This document shows, one piece after another, positions 8,092-18,265 of a stretch of 64,000 bases of DNA. The translations under genes were made by a program, and so were the position numbers. Within the stretch, counting starts at the first letter, position 1, and the number at the start of each line of letters is the position of its first letter. The notes under the pieces were generated by a model, which worked only from the letters and a program-made list of their open reading frames with translations, made no database searches and had not been told where the DNA came from. The DNA is from an uncultured Muribaculum sp. (lineage in GTDB: Bacteria; Bacteroidota; Bacteroidia; Bacteroidales; Muribaculaceae): NCBI GenBank assembly GCA_910589555.1, contig CAJUTE010000006.1:32406-96405 (forward strand), in the 5' to 3' direction.

Positions 8092-9101
8092 GAGGCAAGG
8101 AGACTTATCGCAAAATCAAGAATGGTGTCATGTCCTTCAAGAGCTTGCTGAGGATCCATATCCATGGCACACCCCTCGGAAGGCTCGACGCCATTTTCTG
8201 TCGACACACCTTCGGGATCGAGCATCGAGCAAGCTGAGAACCTCACGCCCCAACCGTTGGGAATCTCCGAATTATAGGGCATACCGCTGCCACCGCCGGT
8301 GACGGCGCCCACGATCTTCACGCCGGGAATAGACTTCATCACCGACACAAAATTATTGGCGGCGCTGAATGTGCCGCGCGAGGCGAGCACCACCACCGGT
8401 TTGCCCCACATTATGCGTCCCTTCTCGGCAGGATCATAATAATAGGCGTAGGGGGTTGAGAATGCGTCATGCCCCGGTCCGGTTTTGTGCGATATGTATC
8501 CGGCGAGCATCCGCTCGGTGATAAATCTCCTCACGATCGTCTCGACATTGGTGAGCATCCCGCCCCCATTGTCGCGCACATCGATGATAAGTCCGGCACA
8601 CACGTTGAAATAGGCGAGTATGTGGTCGAGATTCCCCTCCCCTATGGGATTGGCAAAGCTGCCGTAACGCATATAGCCTATATTTTCCGGAAGTATGGCA
8701 TAGTCGATGCCCCCCACCGTGCGGTAATTGAAGTTGAGATAGTGCTCCTCGATGAGACGGGCACTGTAGTTCTGCGGATAATCGCTCCACCACTTGCGGT
8801 AATATGAAGTGTTGAACGAGGCTATGAGATTGGTGTGTCCGTCGCGGAGCTCGTTGAGCATATCGGCACACACGTCAAACAGCTCCTGCTGCGTCATCTT
8901 GTTGCTGACCTTGGCGGCATAGCGGTCATGCACATCATTCCAGTCCACGCCTTTCTCCTTGAAAAAGCAATAGTGCTCGTCAAGGATGGTCCAGAGCGCT
9001 TCGAAATTACCCTCCGGATTGTTGTCCCATGATTCCACCGGATGACATCCGGCAACAAGAATCATGGCGATTATAATCACAATATGTCGTATTGCATTCA
9101 T
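8088..9101 (-). CDS. S41 family peptidase lipoprotein
   Basis: Lipobox LVAGCHP. S41-like blocks IIDVRDNGGG and VLASRGTFSAANNF. Its stop overlaps the convergent COG0523 stop by 4 nt. Confidence 0.75.
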   Translation of the reverse strand: MNAIRHIVIIIAMILVAGCHPVESWDNNPEGNFEALWTILDEHYCFFKEKGVDWNDVHDRYAAKVSNKMTQQELFDVCADMLNELRDGHTNLIASFNTSYYRKWWSDYPQNYSARLIEEHYLNFNYRTVGGIDYAILPENIGYMRYGSFANPIGEGNLDHILAYFNVCAGLIIDVRDNGGGMLTNVETIVRRFITERMLAGYISHKTGPGHDAFSTPYAYYYDPAEKGRIMWGKPVVVLASRGTFSAANNFVSVMKSIPGVKIVGAVTGGGSGMPYNSEIPNGWGVRFSACSMLDPEGVSTENGVEPSEGCAMDMDPQQALEGHDTILDFAISLLAS

Positions 9102-9119
9102 TGCCTGTTATATATGTGT

Positions 9120-9965
9120 TCAATATAAAGCCGATATCACACGCGCTTCGCGTGAAAGCCCTTTATAGGGGTTGAAGCTGAGCCATTCGCCCGACACTCC
9201 CACCACCACCGAGTTGGTGACAGTGCGTGTGGTGATGTGGTTCACCTTGGTCGACAGAATCTCTCCGTGATAGCCTATCCGCAAGCAGGTAGAGCCGAAA
9301 TGGAAGTCGGCGGTGAGAAGATTGTCGAGGCTGAAATAATTGCCCCACCAAGCACCATGCACGAGCCCTTTGTCATTGCCGAGATAAATCTCATAGAACA
9401 GCTCGCCATAGTCGGGTGAGAAAAAGATTCCGGTCAACGGCAATGTGGGCTGATAGCGCAGTGTGACCGGCAATCCCCACACTTTCACGTTCCATGCGGC
9501 GTATGCCGTGGCATTCACCGTCCATGCAGCCTCGACCGCCACCGGGTTATTTCCGTTGCGCGGAGCATACAGCGCGCCGAGGTTAAGGGAAGTGCTTCCT
9601 CCGGCACCCACAGTCACATTATAAGGCAGGCGCCATCTGTAGGTCATGCCCCACGAAAAGTCGCCCTTGATGCGCCACATCTCGGCATTCTTAACCGGAT
9701 TCTCGGTGCGGCTTCCGCTCAACCCCGCCACGAGCCTCATCACAAGGCGGTCGGGATTCTGCTTCATCGCCTGCATACGCTCATAACGCAGTCCCAGATT
9801 CATGCCTGAGTATTTAAGCGGAGTGAGATAAGTGTTCACAATCGAAGCTCCTCCAGCCTCCAGGGTATAAGCCGATGTCACAGGGCGCAGCGGTTTATCC
9901 TCCTGCGCGGCGGCGTGGCTCCATCCGGCGAAGAACACCAGCAATGATGCTATTACAGATTTCAT
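9120..9965 (-). CDS. Putative outer-membrane beta-barrel protein, unknown family
   Basis: Signal peptide, alternating amphipathic beta-strand pattern, aromatic C-terminus (..ISALY). Tightly packed between parC and the S41 gene. Confidence 0.5.
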   Translation of the reverse strand: MKSVIASLLVFFAGWSHAAAQEDKPLRPVTSAYTLEAGGASIVNTYLTPLKYSGMNLGLRYERMQAMKQNPDRLVMRLVAGLSGSRTENPVKNAEMWRIKGDFSWGMTYRWRLPYNVTVGAGGSTSLNLGALYAPRNGNNPVAVEAAWTVNATAYAAWNVKVWGLPVTLRYQPTLPLTGIFFSPDYGELFYEIYLGNDKGLVHGAWWGNYFSLDNLLTADFHFGSTCLRIGYHGEILSTKVNHITTRTVTNSVVVGVSGEWLSFNPYKGLSREARVISALY

Positions 9966-9968
9966 CGG

Positions 9969-12644
9969 TTAAAATATTCGTTGCTGTCCGTTGATTTCGT
10001 CACGCACCTCATCGTCCGAGCGGTCGGGCTCGACATTCTCGTCGGGGGTCGGTTCATCATCACCTTCAATCTCTTCGACATCAACTTCGGGCACCGGCTT
10101 AGGCTCGATCTCCACCACGCTCTCCATGGTGAAAGTAGTCAATCGTTTCCCCTTAGCCTTATAGCTCTTGACGCCGATAAACTCATCGACATCGATCACA
10201 GCGCTTCCACGGAAGGCATCGGCACCTCCGAAGGTCACCTCAAGGCGGCATCCGGGAGCATCGCTGAGCAATATCAACGACGATTTCTCATTCTCGCCTA
10301 TGAACCGGGCACGCTTGGTGGTGGGCTCAAATGCGAAACGCTTCACGTAGGGATAGCCCTGGTCGGCATCGTTAAGCACAGCCGTCCACACATGACCGGG
10401 ACGGAACTTCTCGATCCGGAGGATATTGTCCTCATAATGGTTACCGGCATCGAAGCTCGACATATAATATTCGCCCGATTTAAGAATCACCAGTATCTGA
10501 TCCTGTCCGTGGAACTCGCCAAGGTATTCACCGCGTTTGTCATAGTTCAGGCGCAGCACATCGGGGTCAAACCACACCTCTCTGCCGCCCAAGGTCGACG
10601 CGCCGCGCTCTTTGAGCGAGAAGCGGTGCACCTCGTTTTTGGTGACTATGTTGCCTTGCGCGCCCTTGCCTTTGATGGCAAGCTCGGCAAAATCAACGTC
10701 AAACTGCATGGTTTTCAACCTCAGCTTTGGTTTAAGGGTGACTTTCACCACTTCAGCCTCGCCGTTGGAATTGGCTGAGAACCACATCACCTTGGATCCG
10801 GGCAAGCCTTGGGTGAGGTCATACTCCTTGTCGCGGGTGACTCCGGTCACGGCAAAGCGCTTCATGAAGTAGATGCCCCCCTTGCCGTTCTGATATATCA
10901 CATTATAGATGGTGCGGTTGTCATTGCGCTTGAACAGATTAATGTAGAGCACGTTCTTGCCCACAAACATCTTGTCCTGCACCTTCACCACCTTATATTT
11001 TCCATCCTTGTAGAAGATGATTATGTCGTCAAGATCCGAGCAGTTGCACACAAACTCATCCTTCTTCAGCGAAGTGCCTATGAAGCCCTCCTCACGGTTT
11101 ATGTAGAGGCGCTCGTTAGCCTCAGCCACCTTCGCCGCCTCGATATTGTCGAAGCTGCGCAGCACCGTGCGGCGCGGGTAGGCGGAGCCATATTTCTCTT
11201 GGAGCCCCTTGTACCATTCGATAGTGAAAAGCGTCAGGTGGGCGAGATGATCGTCGATCTTGGCTATGCGCTCCTTATAATTGGCGATAATGCGGTCGGC
11301 TTCCTCACTGTTGAACTTGAGGATGCGCTTCATCTTGATCTCCATGAGCTTCGCGAGGTCATCGCGTGTCACCTCGCGCCACAATCCCTTCTTGAACGGT
11401 TCAAGACGGCGGTCGATGTGGTCAAGCACCTCATCCATCGACTCACCCTGCTCAAACTCCTTGTCTTTGTATATGCGCTCCTCGATGAAGATTCTTTCCA
11501 GCGACGCGAAGTGCAGCGACTCCTCGATTTCGCCACGCTGTATCTCAAGCTCGCGACGCAACAGGTCGCGGGTGAGATTGACACTGTGGCGCAGCACGTC
11601 GCTCACGCCAAGGAATTGAGGTTTATTGTCGGAGATGACACAACAGTTGGGCGACACGCTGAGCTCGCAATCGGTGAACGCATAGAGCGCGTCGATAGCC
11701 TTGTCCGACGATGTCCCCGGGAGCAGATGCACCAGTATCAACGCCGTCGACGAGGTCATGTCCTCCACCTTCCTCACCTTAATCTTACCCTTCTCGGCAG
11801 CCTTCTGTATCGAGTCGCTGAGCGATCCGGTATTCTTGCCAAAAGGAATCTCGGTGATGGCGAGAGTCTTGTTGTCGACTTTCTCAATCTTGGCGCGTAT
11901 CTTCACCGCGCCGCCACGCTCGCCGTCATTGTATTTTGTTACATCCAGAAATCCGCCTGTGGGGAAATCGGGATACAGTTCAAACGGCTCATCCCTCAGA
12001 TAAGCGATCGCCGCATCGATGATCTCATTGAAATTATGTGGAAGTATCTTCGATGAAAGTCCCACGGCGATACCCTCCACGCCCTGTGTGAGCAGCAACG
12101 GGAACTTCACCGGAAGAGTCACCGGTTCAGGCTTCCTGCCGTCGTAGGACATGGTCCACTCCGTGGTCTTGGGATTGAAGAGCACGTCAAGCGCGAAAGG
12201 CGACAATCGGGCTTCGATGTAACGTCCGGCAGCCGCCGAGGCTCCGGTCAGGATATTACCCCAGTTACCCTGCGTCTCCACGAGCAGTTCTTTCTGTCCG
12301 AGCTGCACGAGCGCGTCGTTGATCGACGCGTCGCCGTGGGGGTGATACTGCATGGTGTTTCCCACTATGTTTGCCACCTTGTTGAAACGCCCGTCGTCAA
12401 GCGTCTTCATCGAGTGAAGGATGCGGCGCTGCACCGGCTTAAGTCCGTCGCTTATGTGGGGCACTGCACGCTCAAGGATCACATAGGAGGCATAGTCCAG
12501 AAACCAATTGCGGTACATACCGCGCAATTGGTGGCGCACGACACTGTCACGCGAATCACCTCGCGAAGCGTCGTCGGTATTATTGGATTGAGGGGTTGCT
12601 GCGCCCTCTTCATTATCATCAGGAGTCAAAATGTCGTCGCTCAT
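9969..12644 (-). CDS. parC: DNA topoisomerase IV subunit A (GyrA/ParC family)
   Basis: Conserved blocks DGLKPVQRRILH, MQYHPHGDASI and AAGRYIEARL. The length and acidic C-terminal tail fit Bacteroidota ParC. Start moved to the ATG at 12644 (MSDDIL). Confidence 0.85.
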   Translation of the reverse strand: MSDDILTPDDNEEGAATPQSNNTDDASRGDSRDSVVRHQLRGMYRNWFLDYASYVILERAVPHISDGLKPVQRRILHSMKTLDDGRFNKVANIVGNTMQYHPHGDASINDALVQLGQKELLVETQGNWGNILTGASAAAGRYIEARLSPFALDVLFNPKTTEWTMSYDGRKPEPVTLPVKFPLLLTQGVEGIAVGLSSKILPHNFNEIIDAAIAYLRDEPFELYPDFPTGGFLDVTKYNDGERGGAVKIRAKIEKVDNKTLAITEIPFGKNTGSLSDSIQKAAEKGKIKVRKVEDMTSSTALILVHLLPGTSSDKAIDALYAFTDCELSVSPNCCVISDNKPQFLGVSDVLRHSVNLTRDLLRRELEIQRGEIEESLHFASLERIFIEERIYKDKEFEQGESMDEVLDHIDRRLEPFKKGLWREVTRDDLAKLMEIKMKRILKFNSEEADRIIANYKERIAKIDDHLAHLTLFTIEWYKGLQEKYGSAYPRRTVLRSFDNIEAAKVAEANERLYINREEGFIGTSLKKDEFVCNCSDLDDIIIFYKDGKYKVVKVQDKMFVGKNVLYINLFKRNDNRTIYNVIYQNGKGGIYFMKRFAVTGVTRDKEYDLTQGLPGSKVMWFSANSNGEAEVVKVTLKPKLRLKTMQFDVDFAELAIKGKGAQGNIVTKNEVHRFSLKERGASTLGGREVWFDPDVLRLNYDKRGEYLGEFHGQDQILVILKSGEYYMSSFDAGNHYEDNILRIEKFRPGHVWTAVLNDADQGYPYVKRFAFEPTTKRARFIGENEKSSLILLSDAPGCRLEVTFGGADAFRGSAVIDVDEFIGVKSYKAKGKRLTTFTMESVVEIEPKPVPEVDVEEIEGDDEPTPDENVEPDRSDDEVRDEINGQQRIF

Positions 12645-12714
12645 TGCAAGAGTTGTGGAATTAAAGCACGCAAAACACGCACATTTACAAAGATAACATT
12701 TTTTTTCCAAAACA

Positions 12715-12752
12715 GAAAAAAGTCCTTAAAGCCGTTGCCGGCTTTAAGGACT
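12715..12752 (-). terminator. Intrinsic terminator after the SusD-like gene
   Basis: Perfect 14-bp stem agtccttaaagccg/cggctttaaggact (12721-12752) with a 4-nt loop. The A-run at 12715-12720 gives a T-run on the minus strand. Confidence 0.8.
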
Positions 12753-12778
12753 TTAAAAACTTTATGCACCTTCTCCTA

Positions 12779-14833
12779 TTACTGAGCGCCGGTTGCGTAG
12801 CCGGGAAGCTGGGTAAGGTTCGGGTTGGTGACCATCGGGTCGCTTGCGTTCAAGTTGGCAAACGGCAGCAACTCCGAGCGGTTTTCTACGAATCCGCTGT
12901 ACAAGCCTGTAACCCATCCGGGCATCGAGCCGCCGCGACCCTTGTTGATAGTAGCGGTCTTCATGGCGTTACCGATACAGAGGTCATTGGAGGTGTAGCC
13001 CACCATAGCCATTGACTTCTTGTTGTAGTCTGACTGGAATCCGAGATACATATCGATAGGATACCACTTGTCGCCTGAACCTACGTTCTTGCCGTGAGCG
13101 CGAGCGATAGCGGCAGTCTTTTCAAGATATGCGTCATAGCCCGATGCGGTCGGAGCGCTCTTGATCTGAGCGATTTCGGCAGCGTCAGCCACGGGATCGA
13201 GGTCGATATAGTCGATGGCGAGGATGTCATAGCCCCACTTGTTCTCATCCTTGGTGTACTTGTAAAGACGGTACTGAGGAAGGTTGGCATACTTGCCTGC
13301 ACGGTTCACCATATCGATAGAGCCCTGCTTGTCGGCAGCGAGCACCTTGGCAAGACGGTTGATGCGGATAAGGTCGGTCTTAAGCAGCATTTCGCCTGAA
13401 AGCTCCCACATACGCTCCTGAGCCAGGTCGTCGATGAAACCTTCAAGATCGGAAGCGATAGGAAGATGGTCGACACCGGCACGGCTGCGCACCTCCTTAA
13501 GGGCGCTTATGGCAGCAGCTGAAGGACCGTTGTGGAGATAAGCCTCAGCCTCGGCATAGTTCAACAGCACCTCGGCATAGCGGATCACGGGAAGGTTCAC
13601 GTTACGCTTTGAAGTGCTTGACACCTCGTAGGCGGTACACCATGGAATTCTGAACTTACCGCCGGGAACCAAAGTATAGGTGACACCGATATTGGTCTGA
13701 GTGCCCTCCTTGTCGTTCACGTTGCCATAGAAGCAACCGAAGTTGGCGCAAGTCACATCACGACGGGTGTCCTTCGGGTCAAATGACAGATAGTAAACAG
13801 GGCTCATTGACTGAAGAGCGCGGTAACGTCCATACTCTCCTCCTTCCGAACCTACGTTAAGATATTTCGGGAAGTCGGCATTAGTGATTTCACCATACTC
13901 AGCGATTGAGAACAGCATCTCATAGTCGCTCACTCCGAAATTACGCTGGCAGAAGTTGTAGAACAGGTCGTGGAAACCGCTGGCACCCTTGATAAGACCG
14001 TTCTCGCCCTGAGTGATAAGCTCCTTGCAAGCATCAGATGCGATCTGGTAAAGCTCGGTCACACGAGCGGCATCATCGCGGCGGCGCACCGACATGGTGG
14101 CTACGTCATTTGTCTCGAGATTCCAGCGCAGTGAATATCCGGCAGCATAGCAAGCTACACGACCGAGCACTGCAAGAGCGGCATTCTTGGTGAGACGCTC
14201 GGCGCTGGTATAGCCGAGTTCGCTCTTCCAGGGGATATCGTGGGCTGCCTCCTGAAGATCCTCTACGATGTGGTCATAGATGATGTCGCGCGACACTCGC
14301 TTCGGGAAAAGCACGTCGGCATCGGTAGGATCCTTCACCACCATCGGCTCCCATGACGCGGGAACGTCGCCATACATTCTGATGAGGGTCAGATAGGCAA
14401 GCGCGCGGATCACCTTAGCCTCGCCGATAAGACGCTTCACGTCATCACTCTGGGCACGTTGTCCGAGACGGTAGATCGCGAGGTTACATGATTCGATAAC
14501 CTTGTTGGACTGAGTGTAGGAGGTCGACAAGGTCATGTCAGGAGCATAACCGTAGTTGGCGATGTTATACTTACTACCGGCGAGACCGCCATCCTCACAG
14601 GAATAGACGGTGCCGTCGCCGGCGAGGAATTGATACCACTGCTCCTTATGGATAAGGTCGCGGTAGCAGCCGCGCACGAAAGCCTCGGCAAGACGGTCGT
14701 CGGCAAACACCGATTCTTCGTCAGTCTCGGTAAAGTTGGGCATATCGAGATAATCCTCACATGATGTCATTGCCCCGAGAAGGACAAGACCGCCCAATAT
14801 GTTAGCTAAATATTTTGTTTTCATTTTTGTCAA
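12779..14833 (-). CDS. SusD/RagB family nutrient-binding outer-membrane lipoprotein (684 aa, long for the family)
   Basis: Lipobox AMTSCEDYLD directly after the signal peptide. Lies 6 nt downstream of a SusC-like gene. TPR-like SusD blocks (RALAYLTLIRMYGDVP, YAEVLLNYAEA). Confidence 0.9.
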   Translation of the reverse strand: MTKMKTKYLANILGGLVLLGAMTSCEDYLDMPNFTETDEESVFADDRLAEAFVRGCYRDLIHKEQWYQFLAGDGTVYSCEDGGLAGSKYNIANYGYAPDMTLSTSYTQSNKVIESCNLAIYRLGQRAQSDDVKRLIGEAKVIRALAYLTLIRMYGDVPASWEPMVVKDPTDADVLFPKRVSRDIIYDHIVEDLQEAAHDIPWKSELGYTSAERLTKNAALAVLGRVACYAAGYSLRWNLETNDVATMSVRRRDDAARVTELYQIASDACKELITQGENGLIKGASGFHDLFYNFCQRNFGVSDYEMLFSIAEYGEITNADFPKYLNVGSEGGEYGRYRALQSMSPVYYLSFDPKDTRRDVTCANFGCFYGNVNDKEGTQTNIGVTYTLVPGGKFRIPWCTAYEVSSTSKRNVNLPVIRYAEVLLNYAEAEAYLHNGPSAAAISALKEVRSRAGVDHLPIASDLEGFIDDLAQERMWELSGEMLLKTDLIRINRLAKVLAADKQGSIDMVNRAGKYANLPQYRLYKYTKDENKWGYDILAIDYIDLDPVADAAEIAQIKSAPTASGYDAYLEKTAAIARAHGKNVGSGDKWYPIDMYLGFQSDYNKKSMAMVGYTSNDLCIGNAMKTATINKGRGGSMPGWVTGLYSGFVENRSELLPFANLNASDPMVTNPNLTQLPGYATGAQ

Positions 14834-14839
14834 TGAGCA

Positions 14840-17800
14840 TTAGAATGAAAGATTAACTCCGATCACATAGCTGCGGTTACGCGGATAGGGGTTAGCGTCA
14901 TAACCCGGCTTAACGGCAGGTGTGGTGCTGTCGGCTGAGTTCACTTCGGGGTCATAGCCTGAGTAGTTGGTCCACACGGCGAGGTTGTTGCCGGTGAAGT
15001 AAACGCGAAGACGGCTGATGTGAGCCTTCTTGGTAAGGCGTTCGGGAAGGGTGTAACCCAAAGTGACGGTAGCGAGACGCAGATAAGAACCATCCTCCAC
15101 GAAGTAGCTTGACGGATAAGTGATGCGGTCGGAATTGTTGCCCGACACGTTCCACACACGTGCATTCTCATCGGGGTTAAGCTCGCGGAGCTTGTGGGCA
15201 TCCATAGTCACAAGACCGGTTGCCGGGTCGATGGTGCGGTAGTAGTTAAGACCGAACTCTTTGGTCACGTTGGAGAACTGTGAGTAAGGGCTGATAGCCT
15301 GCTTGCTCGCATTGTAGATGTCCTGACCTACCGAGAACTTCAAGAACACGTTAAGGTCAAATCCTTTATAGGTGAACGTGTTGTTGAAACCTCCGTAGAA
15401 CTTGGGAGCGCCGTTACCGATCTTCTGATACTGACCGATCTGGAAATATTCAGTTCCTTCCTCGTCAACTGAAGAACCGGCAAACTTGATGTCGCCCGGC
15501 TTCACGTTGATGATTTCGCCGGTTGACTTACGCTGGTAAACCACTCCGTCGTTAAGCAAGAGGTTGCCCGAAGCGTCGGTGATGAAGTTGCCGTCAGAAT
15601 CCTGCTGGAAGTCATCAGTGGTGTAGAGACCCAAATACTTGTAACCCCACATATCACCGAGAGGCTGACCTACCGATGCATAGTAGCGCACATTACCGTT
15701 CACGCCGCTACCTGCGGTGAAGGTCTTGTTTTCAACACCGTTTTCAAGAGAGATAACCTTGTTGCGGTTGAATGAAAGGTTGAGAGCAGAAGTCCACTGG
15801 AAATCGCGGTTAACGATGTTGACAGTGTTGAGGGCGAATTCCCATCCACGGTTACGCATCTTACCCATGTTCTGGAACTGGGTCTTGTAGCCGGTAGATG
15901 AAGGGATCTCACACTCCATGAGAAGGTCGTTGACCTGGTTGTTATACCAGTCGACAGTGAAGTTGACACGACCGTTGATCAACGACATGTCAAGACCGAT
16001 GTTGGTGGCGTGAAGAGTCTCCCACTTCAGGTCGGGGTTACCGAGACGGGTTGAGGGGACGTAAGCCATGTTCTTGTCATCGCTGTCGAAAGGATAAGTT
16101 GTCTGAGTGATGGCGGTGGTGTAAAGATAGCTGTCGATGTTACAGTTACCGGTCACACCGTAACCCACGCGGAGTTTCAAGTTGTCAAATACTGATGCAA
16201 GCGGGCTTGCAAGGAAGAACTGCTCCTGAGAGATACGCCATGCTGCGGCTGCCGAGGGGAACACACCCCAACGATGTCCGCGGGCAAACTTGGATGAACC
16301 GTCGGTACGGATAGTGGCGGTCAACAAGTAGCGGTCGTCATAGTTATAGTTGGCACGACCGAACACTGACACGATACCTGAGTGAGAGTGTGAAGTCTTC
16401 TTCGAAGTAACGGTAGTGTTGGAAATATCGTCAAGACCGAAGTTGGGGTTGGGGAACTGAGCAAGCTCAACTTTCATACCCTCGCTCTCGGCGTGAGTCA
16501 CTTCCTGACCGGCAAGAAGGTCAAGGCGGTGAACCTTGTTGAATGTGTGGCTCCAACGAAGGGTGTTGGTGATTTGCCAGTTGGTATTCTGCTTGTATTC
16601 GATAGAACCCTCCATACCCGAAGCATTGCCTACGAGATAGTTGTAGGAGTTTTCATCGGCAAATTTGGTTGACTTTTCATCGGAGTACTTGTAGCTTCCG
16701 GCAGTACGCCACACAAGTCCGTAAGGAAGATCGATTTCAATACCGCCGTTCACTGAGTAAAGGTTCTGAACCTTGCGTGTCACTACTGCGGCATTCTCAA
16801 TCAACTGGTTGGTAGCGCCATAGTTGGTGTTAAGACCGTTAAGGATAAGACGGGTCTGAGTGTTGATAAGCTCGTCTTCGGTGAAGTAAGTACCACCCAT
16901 GATAGGCGACTGGAGCACCGAAGTCATGCCTGAGTAAGAACCGCCACCGTGAGTGTCGGTGTTGGTGTAAAGGGCGTTCATGTCGAAACGGATACCCTTC
17001 CACAGCTCGGTATTGATGCGGGTGCGGATAGAGTTGTTCTTATAGTCGTGGTTCTTGATGGCTCCATCCTGACCGTTGAAGTTGTAGCTCACAAGGATCT
17101 GCGACTTATCGGTACCGGTAGCGATGCTCACGTTGTGGCTCTGAGTGAAAGCCGAGCCTGAGAACACCTCATCCTGCCAGTCGATCACGCGACGTCCGGC
17201 GTAACGCTCAGCGATGCGGCTGTAAGCGCCTGAGTTGAATGCGGGGTCGTCAAATCCCATATCGTTGTCGAAGATGCGGGCATAGTTTGATGAGTTGCCG
17301 GTGAACATACCGTAGTCATACTGGTAAGTGGCATAGTCAACAGCGTTGTCAAGCATCTTCATCTTCTTGCTCATGTGGTCAAATGACACAAAAGCGTTGT
17401 AGTCCACCTTGGTCTTACCCTTCTGGGCGCTCTTGGTGGTGATAAGAATGATACCGTTAGAACCACGAGCACCATAGATGGCGGTGGCTGAGGCATCCTT
17501 AAGCACGTCGATGGTCTCGATGTCGTTCACGCTGATGTTTGAAAGAGCGTCGCTCATCTCGAAACCGTCCACGATGTAGAGCGGAGCTGATGACTGGGTG
17601 ATTGACATACCGCCACGCACAGTGATCTGCGAAGATGCGCCAGGAGCACCACCGGCGGTGGTGATGTTCACACCCGCAGCCTTACCCTGGAGAGCCTGAG
17701 CAGCTGTAGTAGCCGGAACATTCACAAGTTCCTTTGCGCCTACCGATGATGCAGCACCGGTCAAGTCGCTGCGCTTTACGGTAGCGTAACCGATAGCGAC

Positions 17801-18160
17801 AACCTCATCGAGCACGTTGCTGTCCTCCTGAAGTTTCACTTCAAATTTGCTCTGCCCCGCAACAGAAAGCTCGGTCGGCTTGTAGCCGATATAGCTGATG
17901 CGGATTTTTGCATTGTCTGCCACATTGGGGATTGTGAAATTACCGTCAATGTCAGTTGCCACTCCGGTAGAGGTGCCAACGACAGTAACACTGGCGCCGA
18001 TGATCGGCTCCCCATCCGGATCAAAGACCGTTCCTGAAACAGTCTTTGTTTGGGCTGCCGCCGTAAAGGCAAGCATGAGACACAAGGCGATCAGCGAGAT
18101 GCGGCGTGAAATAGCGCTGCTCACGGCTGTCACTTTGTGCTTAAGGTTACAGTCCTTCAT
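14840..18160 (-). CDS. SusC/RagA family TonB-dependent outer-membrane transporter
   Basis: N-terminal carboxypeptidase-regulatory-like domain (VSGTVFDPDGEPIIGASVTVVGTSTGVATDIDGNF). Plug block (IETIDVLKDASATAIYGARGSNGIILITTK). C-terminal ..VIGVNLSF. Confidence 0.92.
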   Translation of the reverse strand: MKDCNLKHKVTAVSSAISRRISLIALCLMLAFTAAAQTKTVSGTVFDPDGEPIIGASVTVVGTSTGVATDIDGNFTIPNVADNAKIRISYIGYKPTELSVAGQSKFEVKLQEDSNVLDEVVAIGYATVKRSDLTGAASSVGAKELVNVPATTAAQALQGKAAGVNITTAGGAPGASSQITVRGGMSITQSSAPLYIVDGFEMSDALSNISVNDIETIDVLKDASATAIYGARGSNGIILITTKSAQKGKTKVDYNAFVSFDHMSKKMKMLDNAVDYATYQYDYGMFTGNSSNYARIFDNDMGFDDPAFNSGAYSRIAERYAGRRVIDWQDEVFSGSAFTQSHNVSIATGTDKSQILVSYNFNGQDGAIKNHDYKNNSIRTRINTELWKGIRFDMNALYTNTDTHGGGSYSGMTSVLQSPIMGGTYFTEDELINTQTRLILNGLNTNYGATNQLIENAAVVTRKVQNLYSVNGGIEIDLPYGLVWRTAGSYKYSDEKSTKFADENSYNYLVGNASGMEGSIEYKQNTNWQITNTLRWSHTFNKVHRLDLLAGQEVTHAESEGMKVELAQFPNPNFGLDDISNTTVTSKKTSHSHSGIVSVFGRANYNYDDRYLLTATIRTDGSSKFARGHRWGVFPSAAAAWRISQEQFFLASPLASVFDNLKLRVGYGVTGNCNIDSYLYTTAITQTTYPFDSDDKNMAYVPSTRLGNPDLKWETLHATNIGLDMSLINGRVNFTVDWYNNQVNDLLMECEIPSSTGYKTQFQNMGKMRNRGWEFALNTVNIVNRDFQWTSALNLSFNRNKVISLENGVENKTFTAGSGVNGNVRYYASVGQPLGDMWGYKYLGLYTTDDFQQDSDGNFITDASGNLLLNDGVVYQRKSTGEIINVKPGDIKFAGSSVDEEGTEYFQIGQYQKIGNGAPKFYGGFNNTFTYKGFDLNVFLKFSVGQDIYNASKQAISPYSQFSNVTKEFGLNYYRTIDPATGLVTMDAHKLRELNPDENARVWNVSGNNSDRITYPSSYFVEDGSYLRLATVTLGYTLPERLTKKAHISRLRVYFTGNNLAVWTNYSGYDPEVNSADSTTPAVKPGYDANPYPRNRSYVIGVNLSF

Positions 18161-18200
18161 GTTGTTAAGTTTGTGATTATGGATTTGGTTTTATTTAGGA

Positions 18201-18238
18201 AAAAAAAGTACACGCCTCATCGGCAGTGTACTTTTTTT
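18201..18238 (-). terminator. Hairpin/attenuator between the LamG gene and the SusC-like gene
   Basis: Stem agtacac/gtgtact extended by flanking A8/T7 runs. Lies in the 105-nt gap upstream of the SusC start. Confidence 0.55.
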
Positions 18239-18265
18239 CAGTTTTCTGATTATCAGAATCTGTGA

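Noticed and set aside
10809-12056. 415-aa plus-strand ORF, with neighbours at 9981-10778 and 12336-12785, overlapping parC
   Set aside because: These ORFs are antisense to a strongly recognisable ParC coding sequence. Their translations are low-complexity (Leu/Val/His/Arg-rich) with no motifs, which is typical of shadow ORFs in GC-rich coding DNA.
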